In this document: piece by piece, positions 10,396 through 20,045 of the stretch
How the letters are laid out: every line of letters begins with the position of its first letter
Position numbering within the stretch: position 1 is the stretch's first letter
Assembly: GCA_030424715.1 (NCBI GenBank)
Contig: JAUHWH010000010.1
Location: 15,543 to 79,542, forward strand
DNA length: 64,000 nt
Source: Bdellovibrionia bacterium
GTDB taxonomy: Bacteria; Bdellovibrionota; Bdellovibrionia; Bdellovibrionales; JAGQZY01
Reading direction: 5' to 3'
Program-made: the position numbers and the translations under genes
Notes under the pieces: model-generated
The model's database searches: none
What the model saw: the letters and a program-made list of their open reading frames with translations, nothing else
Told to the model about the DNA's origin: nothing

Positions 10396-11997
10396 TCAAT
10401 CGAATTGATAGAGAAAATCTAAAATTTCCAAACGCGTTTGTTGTGAGTTGGCTTTTAGAGCTGGGCTGTTCCAAGCTTCTAGGGGATAATCGCCAAGTAA
10501 TGATGTGGCAGCCATTTCAATCTCGTCCCACTCTGAAGTGCGCCATCGTTCGGGAGTGTTTTTCACTAAGGCGTAGAGGTTTATTACAAAACGCCGGTAC
10601 TGGATCACTAAGTCTTTCCAAGCTTTGTCGCCTTTAAAAGTCACCTGTTCTGGCTGTGTCATTTTTTGGGCGTGAGGTCGCATGTTCACAAAGTGCATGA
10701 TGGCCAAGGCGTACTCACGATGGAGTGTTTCGACCTGACTCACCCGGGTCAGATAGTCTTGTTGGGTGTTGTAGGTTTCGAGCCTTTGGAAGGCTCGTTG
10801 ATTGCCTTCAAGAAAAACCTCTTCGGCGGGTTTGTCTTTCTTTTCGGATTTCGGAGTGTCTCGCAACCGAAAGGAGGCCGTACCAGAGCCGAACGGACTG
10901 GAGTGGCTGAGGTTGGGCATCATATCGCCACCATAAAAACGTTGCAGGAATTCGCCCCCCGATTGACCGATCAGTATCATACCGTCGGGCAGTTGCGGCA
11001 GTGCTTCGGTTTTTTCGGCTTGCCCATTCCTATGGACTCGAAAGACCGAAGTGGCAGGCTCACCTGTTTCAGGATCCAAAACTTTAAAACCAAACTGGCG
11101 ATAAAAGTCCACAAGTTCGGGCTTGGCTGACGAAATGATTTTCATGCCGACGGCATCAACCGCATCGGTGGCTTGAAAGGTTTTGTAATGGGCGTTGTTG
11201 TAGTGGTTGTCGAGGTTTTGTGCCACCTCGGAGAACATAGCGTTCAGGCCTGCCTCGAAACCTTTTTGATTGGTGCCAATCCCCAAATGCCAGTAGTGGG
11301 CCTCTCCCTCTCGATTCCAGGGAAGGCGATAGCCCGCGGCCTGATTCTTTGGGCTCAATTCAATGGGGTCACGAACAGCCATCCCGCCTTCCGACGGCGC
11401 TAAGTCGGTGGCGGTTCGCATCCCCAATATTTTGGGCATGGGAGTGGAGCCATCAAAGATTCTCATTGAGGAAACACCAATAAGCTCTGGTGGTAAATCG
11501 ATGGAATTGGCTCCCATCTGAGACTGGTCAAAACGAAATTGGAACCAATGCACCCGGTTGGGAGGCAGTTGATCATTGACCTCTCTTAGCAGTTGAATTT
11601 GACGGGGAGAGTAAGAGTGCACGCCCCATTGTTCCATGGCCTCTTCAAAAAGTTTTTGATGGAGGGCTGCCGGGCGACCGGTTTGTGTGGTGATAAACTC
11701 AGGCTCGATCAAGCCCACGGGGTTGATGTTGCCGGAGAGAGCGTCTTCCATGGAGATGGTTTTCTTGCCGGCACTAAAATGAAACAAAAAGGATTGATTG
11801 GGGCGAGAGAAAACCTGTTGGCAGCTGTTGCCTTGACTTAACGGCAAAGCATCGGAGTTGGCGCTTGGGAGAGGAAACACCGTTTGATGCACACCAAATC
11901 CAAACTCCATAGCAACGGCAGGAACACCGGCGGTGGCTAGGGAAATAAAAGTCATCACTAGAAAAGAGAGATGAAATTCTAATAGTCTTGAATTCAC
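10396..11997 (-). CDS. Secreted hypothetical protein with a possible GNAT-like fold
   Basis: 533-aa ORF, hydrophobic N-terminus, LVDFYRQFGFKVL resembles GNAT motif B. Confidence 0.6.
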   Translation of the reverse strand: MNSRLLEFHLSFLVMTFISLATAGVPAVAMEFGFGVHQTVFPLPSANSDALPLSQGNSCQQVFSRPNQSFLFHFSAGKKTISMEDALSGNINPVGLIEPEFITTQTGRPAALHQKLFEEAMEQWGVHSYSPRQIQLLREVNDQLPPNRVHWFQFRFDQSQMGANSIDLPPELIGVSSMRIFDGSTPMPKILGMRTATDLAPSEGGMAVRDPIELSPKNQAAGYRLPWNREGEAHYWHLGIGTNQKGFEAGLNAMFSEVAQNLDNHYNNAHYKTFQATDAVDAVGMKIISSAKPELVDFYRQFGFKVLDPETGEPATSVFRVHRNGQAEKTEALPQLPDGMILIGQSGGEFLQRFYGGDMMPNLSHSSPFGSGTASFRLRDTPKSEKKDKPAEEVFLEGNQRAFQRLETYNTQQDYLTRVSQVETLHREYALAIMHFVNMRPHAQKMTQPEQVTFKGDKAWKDLVIQYRRFVINLYALVKNTPERWRTSEWDEIEMAATSLLGDYPLEAWNSPALKANSQQTRLEILDFLYQFD

Positions 11998-12039
11998 AGG
12001 TTCCCTCTGAGTCGTGTTTTTAAATTCTCGTTTAAAACT

Positions 12040-12396
12040 CTACCGTGGCAGGCATTCTAAGGATTTTTTCATCGTCCATAATGGAAGATCCATACTAAGA
12101 AGCGCCGAGACCCAAACTCGACGCTTCAACTCTAGTTTACAAACAATCTCTTCATTTGAGACATAGAGAGAATAGTCACTCCAGGTATAGTTCATTGAAG
12201 CCGGAGGAATACCCTCACTGCGAACGAGTCTCTCAGCGACTTTCCTCGCCCAGTTCCGATACTCTTGCTCTTCTTGTTCCGCATTTTTGATATTTGCTTC
12301 AGCTTCAAGTTCGCTGAATTCCATGGCGATGGTGCTCTCTTGTGCCGAGCAAATTAAGGGCAAACTAATTGCCAAAACGATTAGACTTTTAAGCAT
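12040..12396 (-). CDS. Secreted hypothetical protein
   Basis: RBS AAGGA, signal peptide MLKSLIVLAISLPLICSA. Confidence 0.65.
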   Translation of the reverse strand: MLKSLIVLAISLPLICSAQESTIAMEFSELEAEANIKNAEQEEQEYRNWARKVAERLVRSEGIPPASMNYTWSDYSLYVSNEEIVCKLELKRRVWVSALLSMDLPLWTMKKSLECLPR

Positions 12397-12613
12397 GATT
12401 TATGTTCCTTTCTGATGTATGACGTGCCGCAATATAGCGTTTCGGAGGCATCACCGCAAGGGCAATGAATTTTTTATAGTTACAGCAGCCCAATTGAATC
12501 GGTGACATCAACCTGCGAGCGGAGCGACTGTCGACTTTTTTGACACTCCTATAAGGGCTTCACCTTTCCGGAATAAAAGTGTCACTGCTATCTCAAGTTG
12601 GTAAGTTTGCCTC

Positions 12614-13312
12614 ATGTCGTTTTGGATTCCCTTTTTAGTCATTTTTTTCACTGGTGCCTCGAATGCCGTTGGTTCTCCGATGAGATCACCGAGTTTTGAG
12701 CAAGAGGTGTTCTTGGTAGTACCCTGGCAGCACCAATCAAAGGGTGAAGAGATATTTCAACAAAAGTTAACAGACACATTTCCTGTAGCCCCCAGCAGCA
12801 GAACCAAGCTGATTTTGACCGACAATACTGTGGCCCCAGAACTGAGCGCTGGCGATATCATCAAAGCGTTACGAGAGATTGATGGAAAGGCCACTTTCGT
12901 TTGTTATGGGCGGGCGGCGGCGGACTGTTTAGAGGCTTTCTTGCGGCACCCCAAGTTGGCGAAGCGGCGAGTGGGACAAATGGTATCCCTGCAGGGGCTG
13001 GTCCGAGGGAGTACTGAAGCCGAGGGGGTTGAGAAACCATGGACCTCTGTTGATGTCACTCGCGCTCAAAAAATTCCGCTGCTCACCGCAATGAAGATCG
13101 CCTTGCAGTGGGGCTTGTCCTTTCTTCGGCCTCACGAACCGGCTTTGTATGCTATGAGCCCAAAGGTGAGACGGGACTATCTCAAGAAACACCGGTCAGC
13201 AATCCACGAGCTGAGCCAACATATCAATTTTTTTTCGCTGGATGACTCTGCAGAAAAGTACGGGGTCTTGCCCTTTTCTGAGCCCGTGCTCGCTGTCTCA
13301 AAACGAGACTAA
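12614..13312 (+). CDS. Secreted degenerate alpha/beta-hydrolase-like protein
   Basis: ATFVCYGRAAADCLEAFL and VSLQGLVRGS resemble a lipase fold but lack GHSxG. Confidence 0.5.
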   Translation: MSFWIPFLVIFFTGASNAVGSPMRSPSFEQEVFLVVPWQHQSKGEEIFQQKLTDTFPVAPSSRTKLILTDNTVAPELSAGDIIKALREIDGKATFVCYGRAAADCLEAFLRHPKLAKRRVGQMVSLQGLVRGSTEAEGVEKPWTSVDVTRAQKIPLLTAMKIALQWGLSFLRPHEPALYAMSPKVRRDYLKKHRSAIHELSQHINFFSLDDSAEKYGVLPFSEPVLAVSKRD

Positions 13313-13387
13313 AACCCGCAAAAATTCCATTATCAATGGGTTCGAGATACACTAAAGGTGGAGAAACATTCTCATTGGGGGGAATCC

Positions 13388-14965
13388 ATGAGGCAACACA
13401 CTCTGGGCGTTTGGATTTTATCCAGCCTGGTGCTTCTATTTTCTTACAACAATTGTGGTCCTGTGACGCCACCGACATCTTCGTCGGTCTCGTCGTCATC
13501 GACGAACGACGACCATCCGTGGCCCAACTCATCAACCACCCTCAAAGGCTCCAACCAATTTGCTTCACAGGTGACTTTTGGAGATTTTGACAACAATAGT
13601 TTTGAAGATGCTGCCTTCGTTTCAGTGAGTCCCGATCAGCGCCAGGTGGTTCTCCGTGTGGTCCGATCTGGCTCTTTCACCGAGCAATTCAATATTATCA
13701 ATTTGCCTTCTCGTCCGTCTTTAGGAACACGTATGATCTTTGAAGACCTCGACATGAACTCAAGTTACAAAGAGCTGATTTATTTAAATGCGCAACGCAC
13801 TCATGTCGTAGCGGTGGATCTCTCAGCCCCGGTGGGGCGGATTCGGTTTAACATGCCACTGGCGGAGCCCTTGGGGCGTGTTTTTGAAACTGACTTTCGC
13901 TTGATTCGAATGGCCCAAGGGCGAGCCTTAGAGATTGGGAGTAATCTCATTTTCTATGGTCCCTCCCAATCACCATCCATAGCTTCGGGGAGTTCGCCCC
14001 TTGATGGTGGGTGGAGCGAATGGTCGGATTGGCATCGCTTTGGTCATGGTGGATTGTGTTCCAAAACTTGTGGTGACGGTATCGAGATTCGCAATCGCTC
14101 TTGTTCGAGTCCGGCCCCTCGTAGTGGAGGTCAGAATTGCCCCATGGAGAGCCCCGAGCTGGTGTGCGCTCAGTCCAGCGGTTACGGGTCGGCGAGCTCT
14201 TGCGCTTACCGCACCAATATGGATTTTGTGGGGAGTGTTCACACCAAGGCCTGTCGCCTGCGAGACTGTCAAGAGTCGGAGTGTGGCTCTAACGAAGTTT
14301 TTAACAACGGAAGTTGCGATGCCATCGATGGTTCAGACGGTGGATCTCGATCCGGCGGTGGTTCTGGCGGGGGTGGCGGTGGCCTTGTCGGAGGTGGTGA
14401 CGGCGGCGGTTCCGGAGGTGGTGGCTCTGGTGGCGGTGGTTCCGGTGGCGGCTCGGGTGGTTTTCAGGATCCCACTGATTGTGCCAGCTCTGAAATTTGG
14501 GACCCGGCCTTTTCACAATGCACTAAGGCTTATCCGGCCAGCGATATTTTTCTGACTTCAAAAGAAACTCGATACCTTGGAGAAGGTGAAACAGAAGTCA
14601 TCGATCACACCTATCGATTGAGTGTGAATCATTCCAAAACAATTGCTCAAAGGGTGAGTCTCGTGGCGGACGAGTACTGTCGGTTTTTGGGTCATGACAC
14701 GGCGGTTTCTTTTCAAACAGCGAGCTACATTGTTGGAGCGGATCCCACGCAGGACAATGCTTTGAGCGCCTATGTGCTTTGCAACCAGGCGGTCAATGGC
14801 ATGTACAACAGATGCCAGGTGCGGGGCGGCCCACAGGATTATGTACGATTCAGCTACACAGGGGTGACGTACCAGCCTGGCCAGCAGGTGCAATACCTCA
14901 AGTCAGTGATCTGTCGAAAATTTAACAACTCGTCTACCGGTAATCCTCAGGGAACAGTTTTCTAA
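13388..14965 (+). CDS. Surface lipoprotein with FG-GAP-like motif, thrombospondin type-1 repeat and Gly-rich linker
   Basis: LLFSYNNC signal; GDFDNNSFEDAA; DGGWSEWSDW...CSKTCGDGIEIRNRSCSSPAP..GG..C; poly-Gly/Ser linker; Cys-rich C-terminal domain. Confidence 0.8.
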   Translation: MRQHTLGVWILSSLVLLFSYNNCGPVTPPTSSSVSSSSTNDDHPWPNSSTTLKGSNQFASQVTFGDFDNNSFEDAAFVSVSPDQRQVVLRVVRSGSFTEQFNIINLPSRPSLGTRMIFEDLDMNSSYKELIYLNAQRTHVVAVDLSAPVGRIRFNMPLAEPLGRVFETDFRLIRMAQGRALEIGSNLIFYGPSQSPSIASGSSPLDGGWSEWSDWHRFGHGGLCSKTCGDGIEIRNRSCSSPAPRSGGQNCPMESPELVCAQSSGYGSASSCAYRTNMDFVGSVHTKACRLRDCQESECGSNEVFNNGSCDAIDGSDGGSRSGGGSGGGGGGLVGGGDGGGSGGGGSGGGGSGGGSGGFQDPTDCASSEIWDPAFSQCTKAYPASDIFLTSKETRYLGEGETEVIDHTYRLSVNHSKTIAQRVSLVADEYCRFLGHDTAVSFQTASYIVGADPTQDNALSAYVLCNQAVNGMYNRCQVRGGPQDYVRFSYTGVTYQPGQQVQYLKSVICRKFNNSSTGNPQGTVF

Positions 14966-15020
14966 GCACCTTCGCCATTTGCCGTAAGATTTCGGATCAG
15001 GCAATTTCAGAAGCCTTCGC
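14934..15020. repeat. Direct-repeat copy of the lpxD 3' end (partner 16269-16355)
   Basis: 47-bp exact core 14939-14985 = 16274-16320; gapless degenerate extension to 87 bp; offset 1335 bp. Confidence 0.92.
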
Positions 15021-16027
15021 TATTGGATGATGCAGGCTCCCCAGCGCGTTGGGTTGGCTGACACACAGGTGGTACCATTGGGGATTCCACAAGTCATCCC
15101 ACAGCCGCCACCGATGCGGCAGCTTTCGTTTAACCCCAGCCGCCTTTGAACCGATGCCTCACAGACAGACTGCTCCCTAGCGATAAAATTATAAGTGAGT
15201 TTAGGCGGCTCTGGCTCGGTAGGCGCAGCCCCGTTCGGGCCTGTCGTAGAAGGATTTGAAGTCACGCCTCTTGCTGCCGTGAAAACTTCACAAGAAATTC
15301 CCGAGCCGTTGGAGACGGGAACTTGACCACTCGCGCAGACGCTCCCAAGCATCTCTTGGGTGGTTGCGCATGTGATGCCAGTACCAGTAGAAACCGGAAT
15401 ATGTCCACTCGGGCAGGCCTGTCCAAGGAGCTGGGCGGGCGTATGACACACAGGAATATCAGACGCACCACTGCCTGTGCTGACCTTAAGTTCGTTGTTG
15501 CCACATTTGACCATCTCAAACATCGACGACGAATTGCAACCTTGAACACTACCATCCGCTGCGACGGTGACATAGATTGAGCCAATATCTTTTGGCATAA
15601 TATTAAAGGACGAATTTTTTCTTTTAAGGGACAAGACCAAGTCGGCACTGTAAAAGACATCACCCGCACTATTCGTACCTAAGTTTTGTATATTACTTGC
15701 TCTGAGGTTCACATCTTCAAACTGATAACCAGTGAGCGTGTGATTTTGCTCAATAACCTCAGAATTTGCTAGCTGCACTCGAACATTGTCTGTTGTTGGA
15801 CCGAAGCTGCTGTTGTGATTGACAAAATTTCGCTCACAGAGCAGGCTTGTCGAGAGCCCTTTTTTTATATCCATTTGCAACCCCAGGGCTGCGACATCCG
15901 CAATCAGTCGCCCCTTTTGACGTTCGGCCATTGTGAGTGACTGGGCAATTCCGGTGATAATAATTGCAGCAATGCCACTCGCCATGATGACAGTAACAAG
16001 TGTGTTCCCTTTTTGATTTAAAAACAT
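15020..16027 (-). CDS. Prepilin-like (class III signal) protein with Cys-rich repeats
   Basis: MFLNQKG|NTLVTVIMASGIAAIII; repeats CPSGHIPVSTGTGITC and CASGQVPVSNGSGISC; Cys-rich C-terminus. Confidence 0.7.
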   Translation of the reverse strand: MFLNQKGNTLVTVIMASGIAAIIITGIAQSLTMAERQKGRLIADVAALGLQMDIKKGLSTSLLCERNFVNHNSSFGPTTDNVRVQLANSEVIEQNHTLTGYQFEDVNLRASNIQNLGTNSAGDVFYSADLVLSLKRKNSSFNIMPKDIGSIYVTVAADGSVQGCNSSSMFEMVKCGNNELKVSTGSGASDIPVCHTPAQLLGQACPSGHIPVSTGTGITCATTQEMLGSVCASGQVPVSNGSGISCEVFTAARGVTSNPSTTGPNGAAPTEPEPPKLTYNFIAREQSVCEASVQRRLGLNESCRIGGGCGMTCGIPNGTTCVSANPTRWGACIIQ

Positions 16028-16268
16028 CAGAGGTCCCCCTCGCCTTTTTTAAATATAAAGGCGTCCCTTTATTGTCTACTGAGTGGACCAAAGACTCAAT
16101 AGAGGTCTCTATTCGAAACATGTTAAGAGGGTTATTTGGTAGAAAAGTTGAGATTTTTAAATCGGTATCTCAAAATCATACGGAGGTGACATTTGTCAGC
16201 GGAGCACTTGGGCTATATGGGTTCACAGAGTCGCAAATTTTGCTCAGGGCGCGGTGGGTTTGTCTTTT

Positions 16269-17342
16269 TTACTGGTAATCCTCAGGGAACAGTTTTCTAA
16301 GCACCTTCGCCATTTGCCGTCGCAGTTCGGGTAGGTGAATTTCAGAGGCCTTGGCCTTGAGATGTTTTTTCAGGGGAATAAGAGGGTAGCCACCATATTG
16401 TCCTGGCTCGGTTACGTTTCCTGTGATCCCAGAAAGCCCGGCCACATGCACATTGTCGGTGATGGTGATATGTCCAGTAACTCCTGTTTTTCCACCACAC
16501 ATAAAGTTGTCGCCAATAGTTGTGGACCCAGCGGCTACAAACTGGGCTGTGAACAGACCGTTCTTGCCAACCACCAAGTTGTGGGCAAAGTGACATTGGT
16601 TATCCAACTTTGTGCCTTGTCCGATGACCGTGTCTTCAATGGTGCCGCGATCAATGGCGGTTCCGGCTCCGACGTGAACATCATCTTCAAGAATGACACG
16701 TCCTGAGTGGGGCACGCGGTAGTGGTTACCCAGATGATCATGGGCGTAGCCAAACCCCTCAGAGCCAACGATGGCTTGGGGCATGATTTCGCAATGGTGA
16801 CCGATTTCGCAAGAGTGCCCAATGTAGGCCTGCGGATGAATGGTGACGTGATCTTTAATGATAACATTGGCTTCGATAACAGCGTTGGCACCCACAAAAC
16901 TACCTTCGCCAATTCGACAGTTTTTACCAACCACCGCGTGGGGGCCGATGGAAACACCTTTAGCGATCTGAGCGGTGGAGTCGATAGTGGCAGTGGGATG
17001 AACTCCCGTTGCCTCATCTCGGTAGGGTGTCGAAAGAACAAAAGCATTTTTTATATTGCGAGCGGCCAGCTCTGGGTTAGGAGAGAAAAGCCAAGCTTTC
17101 TTTGAGTTCAATGCGGTAACAGCCTCTTTGCATTTTTCAGGGGCTAAAACACAAACGGCCCCCGATTTTTCCACAGCGGCGAGCATTTTCGGACTCAAAA
17201 TAAAGGAAAATCCACCAGGCTCTGGGCTGTCGGGCGTTTGAAAATTGAGAACAGACGCCTCTTTGGGGCCCGCGGAACTGCTGACAAGGGGGCCACAAAA
17301 CTCAATCAATTGGGTGATACTCAGGTTTTTACTAAATCTCAT
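16269..17342 (-). CDS. lpxD: UDP-3-O-(3-hydroxyacyl)glucosamine N-acyltransferase
   Basis: Hexapeptide repeats, GSEGFGYA, GRVILEDDVHVGAGTAIDRG, TKLDNQCHFAHN. Confidence 0.93.
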   Translation of the reverse strand: MRFSKNLSITQLIEFCGPLVSSSAGPKEASVLNFQTPDSPEPGGFSFILSPKMLAAVEKSGAVCVLAPEKCKEAVTALNSKKAWLFSPNPELAARNIKNAFVLSTPYRDEATGVHPTATIDSTAQIAKGVSIGPHAVVGKNCRIGEGSFVGANAVIEANVIIKDHVTIHPQAYIGHSCEIGHHCEIMPQAIVGSEGFGYAHDHLGNHYRVPHSGRVILEDDVHVGAGTAIDRGTIEDTVIGQGTKLDNQCHFAHNLVVGKNGLFTAQFVAAGSTTIGDNFMCGGKTGVTGHITITDNVHVAGLSGITGNVTEPGQYGGYPLIPLKKHLKAKASEIHLPELRRQMAKVLRKLFPEDYQ

Positions 17343-17515
17343 GCTCTTTTTGTATGTGATTTCAGCCGGTTGCGAAACAAAAAAGCGGCTCAATCTCCTT
17401 TGTTGAGCTTAGCGTCAATCGTCAGTTAAATCGCGGAGTTCTTTTATAAAGACTGGAAATCACCAAAGAAATTTCGTAAAAACAGGCTTTGAATTAAAGG
17501 ATAGGATTCAGGTCT

Positions 17516-19882
17516 ATGGTACAAAAATCCCTTGAAAGTTTCGTCTCTGAAAAGCAGCCCAAAATTAAGTGGGAGGCTGCCAAAGCTGTGATCGAATTGA
17601 CGGCCGAAGGCGCTACGGTTCCTTTTATTGCCCGCTACCGAAAAGAGAAAACCGGAAATCTCGACGAAGTTCAGATCCGTGACATCATCGAGCTAGACAA
17701 CGAATACAAAGAGCTTCTTAAACGAAAAGATTTTATAATCAAAGAAATCGAAGAGCAGGGTAACCTCACTCCGGACCTCAAAAAACGTATTCTCGGGTCC
17801 TGGGATCTCGCCGAGGTGGAAGAACTTTATCGTCCATTCAAGAAAAAGAAAAAGACAAAGGCGACACTGGCAAGAGAAGCCGGCATTGAGCCTTTTGCAG
17901 ACTGGGTTTGGTCCGTAGGGAGAGGGGAGCCCGACGGAGGCCAGACTCTCGAGGTCAAGGCCAAAGAGTTTATCAACCCGTCAGCAAAATTTGCCACCTA
18001 CGACGAGGTGATGCGAGGAGCTCAGCATATTCTTGTGGAGCGAATCTCCAACGATCCTGACTTGCGGGAGAGTGTACGTAAAAGCTATTTTGAAAAAGGC
18101 GTTGTCGAATCTAAGCCCGGTAAAAAAGTAAAACCCAAGTCAAAATTCGAAACCTATTTTGCCCACAACGAAAAAGCAGCGTCTCTCATGGAGAAGAAAA
18201 ACTCCCATCGTTACTTGGCTATGCGTCGTGGGTGGAAAGAGGGAGAACTAACAGTCACAATGACCAGCCCCGATGATGAAGCCCTGTTGCAGGCTTTCGA
18301 GGACTTCGCCGGACCAAAATTTGATTCGGCCGCCACCAAGTTTTTACATGCGGCTGCGAAAACCGCTTTGACCGTGCACGTTGTTCCATCAATCACCAAC
18401 GAAGTTCATAAAAAAATGAAAGATCTCGCTGATCTTTTTGCCATTGAAGTCTTCGCCGAGAATGTCAGAAAGCTTTTGTTAGCCAGCCCTTTCGGCTCCC
18501 GCTGCGTTCTTGGTTTGGACCCAGGACTACGCACCGGGTGCAAGGTCGCTTTGGTTGATAAAAAGGGCCAGTTTATCTCTCATACGGTTTTAAAGATTCA
18601 GGGTGAGAAGGCCGAGCACAATGCCAAGGAGCTCTTCTCGCAGGTTCTCAAGCAAATTGAGATTGATGCAATCGCCATCGGCAACGGCACAGGCGGTCGG
18701 GAAACCGAAGTGTTTATTCGCAAAGTGCTGAAAGATCTCGAAAAAAATATTCCAGTGGTTTTAGTCAACGAGGCCGGGGCTAGCATTTACTCGGCGTCAG
18801 ACGTCGCTCGTACTGAGTTTCCGGACCTCGACATTACGGTAAGGGGAGCCATCTCAATCGCCCGAAGATTGCAAGACCCCTTGGCCGAGCTCGTGAAGAT
18901 TGAGCCGAAAAGCATTGGGGTGGGGCAGTACCAGCATGATGTTTCTCAAGGCACGCTAAAAAAGAAGCTGGACTCCGTTGTTGAAGACTGTGTGAACTTT
19001 GTGGGCGTGGATGTTAATACCGCCTCAGAGCATCTGCTGCAGCATGTGGCGGGCATCGGACCGGGTATTGCGACAAACATCGTAAAATTTCGCCAAGAGA
19101 AGGGGCTTTTCAAACGACGAGATGATCTAGCGAATGTCCCCAGTTTCAACTCAAAATCATACGAGCAAGCTGTTGGCTTTTTGCGGGTGATTGGTGGTGA
19201 AGTTCCCTTGGATGCCACAGGTGTTCACCCCGAGCGATATGCCGCGGTTCGTGATATGGCAAAAGAGTTAGGGGAAAATGTCTCTGCACTATTCGGTGAT
19301 AACGCCACTAAGATGGCCGTGCTTAAAGACAAGTGGTCCGATCTCATCGGTGAATACACGTTCAATGATATTATCCAAGAGCTTAAAAAACCGGGCCGTG
19401 ACCCTCGCGATCCGTTTAAAGTTTTTAAATTCCGAGATGACATTTTTTCGGTGGATGATTTGAAGCCTGAAATGATCTGCAACGGTATCGTTTCCAACGT
19501 GACTAACTTTGGGGCCTTCGTTGATATTGGCGTCCATCAAGATGGTCTCGTGCATATCTCTGAAATCGCCAACCAATTCGTGAATGATCCGCAAAAGATG
19601 CTCAGTCCTGGGGATCATGTCCAAGTGCAGGTGAAGGCCGTCGATAAAGAGAAAAATCAAATCTCTTTGACGATGAAGTTCGGAGAGAAGGCCAAGCCCA
19701 AAGGTAAGCCTCACTCTAAGCGACGGGTGTCTTTAAAAGACAAAAAGGGTTCTACAGGGAAACCGGCCCGTAAAGGTGGCGGCAAAAAGGGCAGAGAGGG
19801 TGCCGGCTCTGGCAAACCACGTCGCCCGAGTCAGCCTTTCAACAACCCCTTCGCCGCTCTTCAGGATTTAAAAAAGAACTGA
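17516..19882 (+). CDS. tex: Tex-family transcription accessory protein with S1 domain
   Basis: GATVPFIARYRKEKTG, LGLDPGLRTGCKVA, NEAGASIYSAS, NVTNFGAFVDIGVHQDGLVHIS. Confidence 0.96.
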   Translation: MVQKSLESFVSEKQPKIKWEAAKAVIELTAEGATVPFIARYRKEKTGNLDEVQIRDIIELDNEYKELLKRKDFIIKEIEEQGNLTPDLKKRILGSWDLAEVEELYRPFKKKKKTKATLAREAGIEPFADWVWSVGRGEPDGGQTLEVKAKEFINPSAKFATYDEVMRGAQHILVERISNDPDLRESVRKSYFEKGVVESKPGKKVKPKSKFETYFAHNEKAASLMEKKNSHRYLAMRRGWKEGELTVTMTSPDDEALLQAFEDFAGPKFDSAATKFLHAAAKTALTVHVVPSITNEVHKKMKDLADLFAIEVFAENVRKLLLASPFGSRCVLGLDPGLRTGCKVALVDKKGQFISHTVLKIQGEKAEHNAKELFSQVLKQIEIDAIAIGNGTGGRETEVFIRKVLKDLEKNIPVVLVNEAGASIYSASDVARTEFPDLDITVRGAISIARRLQDPLAELVKIEPKSIGVGQYQHDVSQGTLKKKLDSVVEDCVNFVGVDVNTASEHLLQHVAGIGPGIATNIVKFRQEKGLFKRRDDLANVPSFNSKSYEQAVGFLRVIGGEVPLDATGVHPERYAAVRDMAKELGENVSALFGDNATKMAVLKDKWSDLIGEYTFNDIIQELKKPGRDPRDPFKVFKFRDDIFSVDDLKPEMICNGIVSNVTNFGAFVDIGVHQDGLVHISEIANQFVNDPQKMLSPGDHVQVQVKAVDKEKNQISLTMKFGEKAKPKGKPHSKRRVSLKDKKGSTGKPARKGGGKKGREGAGSGKPRRPSQPFNNPFAALQDLKKN

Positions 19883-19981
19883 TTTTCGAGTCAGAGTTAG
19901 AGCTTTCATGGAGTCTCTTTTCTGGCGCTCTGATAAAATGAAGGAGTTTGTCTTGTGGCGATCTCGACTCAGCCGAAAGGC

Positions 19982-20013
19982 AAAAAAAAGCCCAACTGAA
20001 AAGTTGGGCTTTT
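19982..20013. terminator. Bidirectional intrinsic terminator
   Basis: AAAAAAAAGCCCAACT-GAAA-AGTTGGGCTTTT between convergent genes. Confidence 0.85.
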
Positions 20014-20045
20014 GAGTTTTATTCTCTTAGGAATAAAAACAGAAA

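Noticed and set aside
14335-14462. Tandem repeat or CRISPR-like array in a GGT/GGC-rich stretch
   Set aside because: It is an in-frame Gly/Ser linker with varied codons; no repeat-spacer periodicity and no cas genes in the window
14934-16355. Prophage or integrative element
   Set aside because: Only 1.3 kb between the repeats, with no integrase or phage genes; kept only as a duplication-flanked cassette
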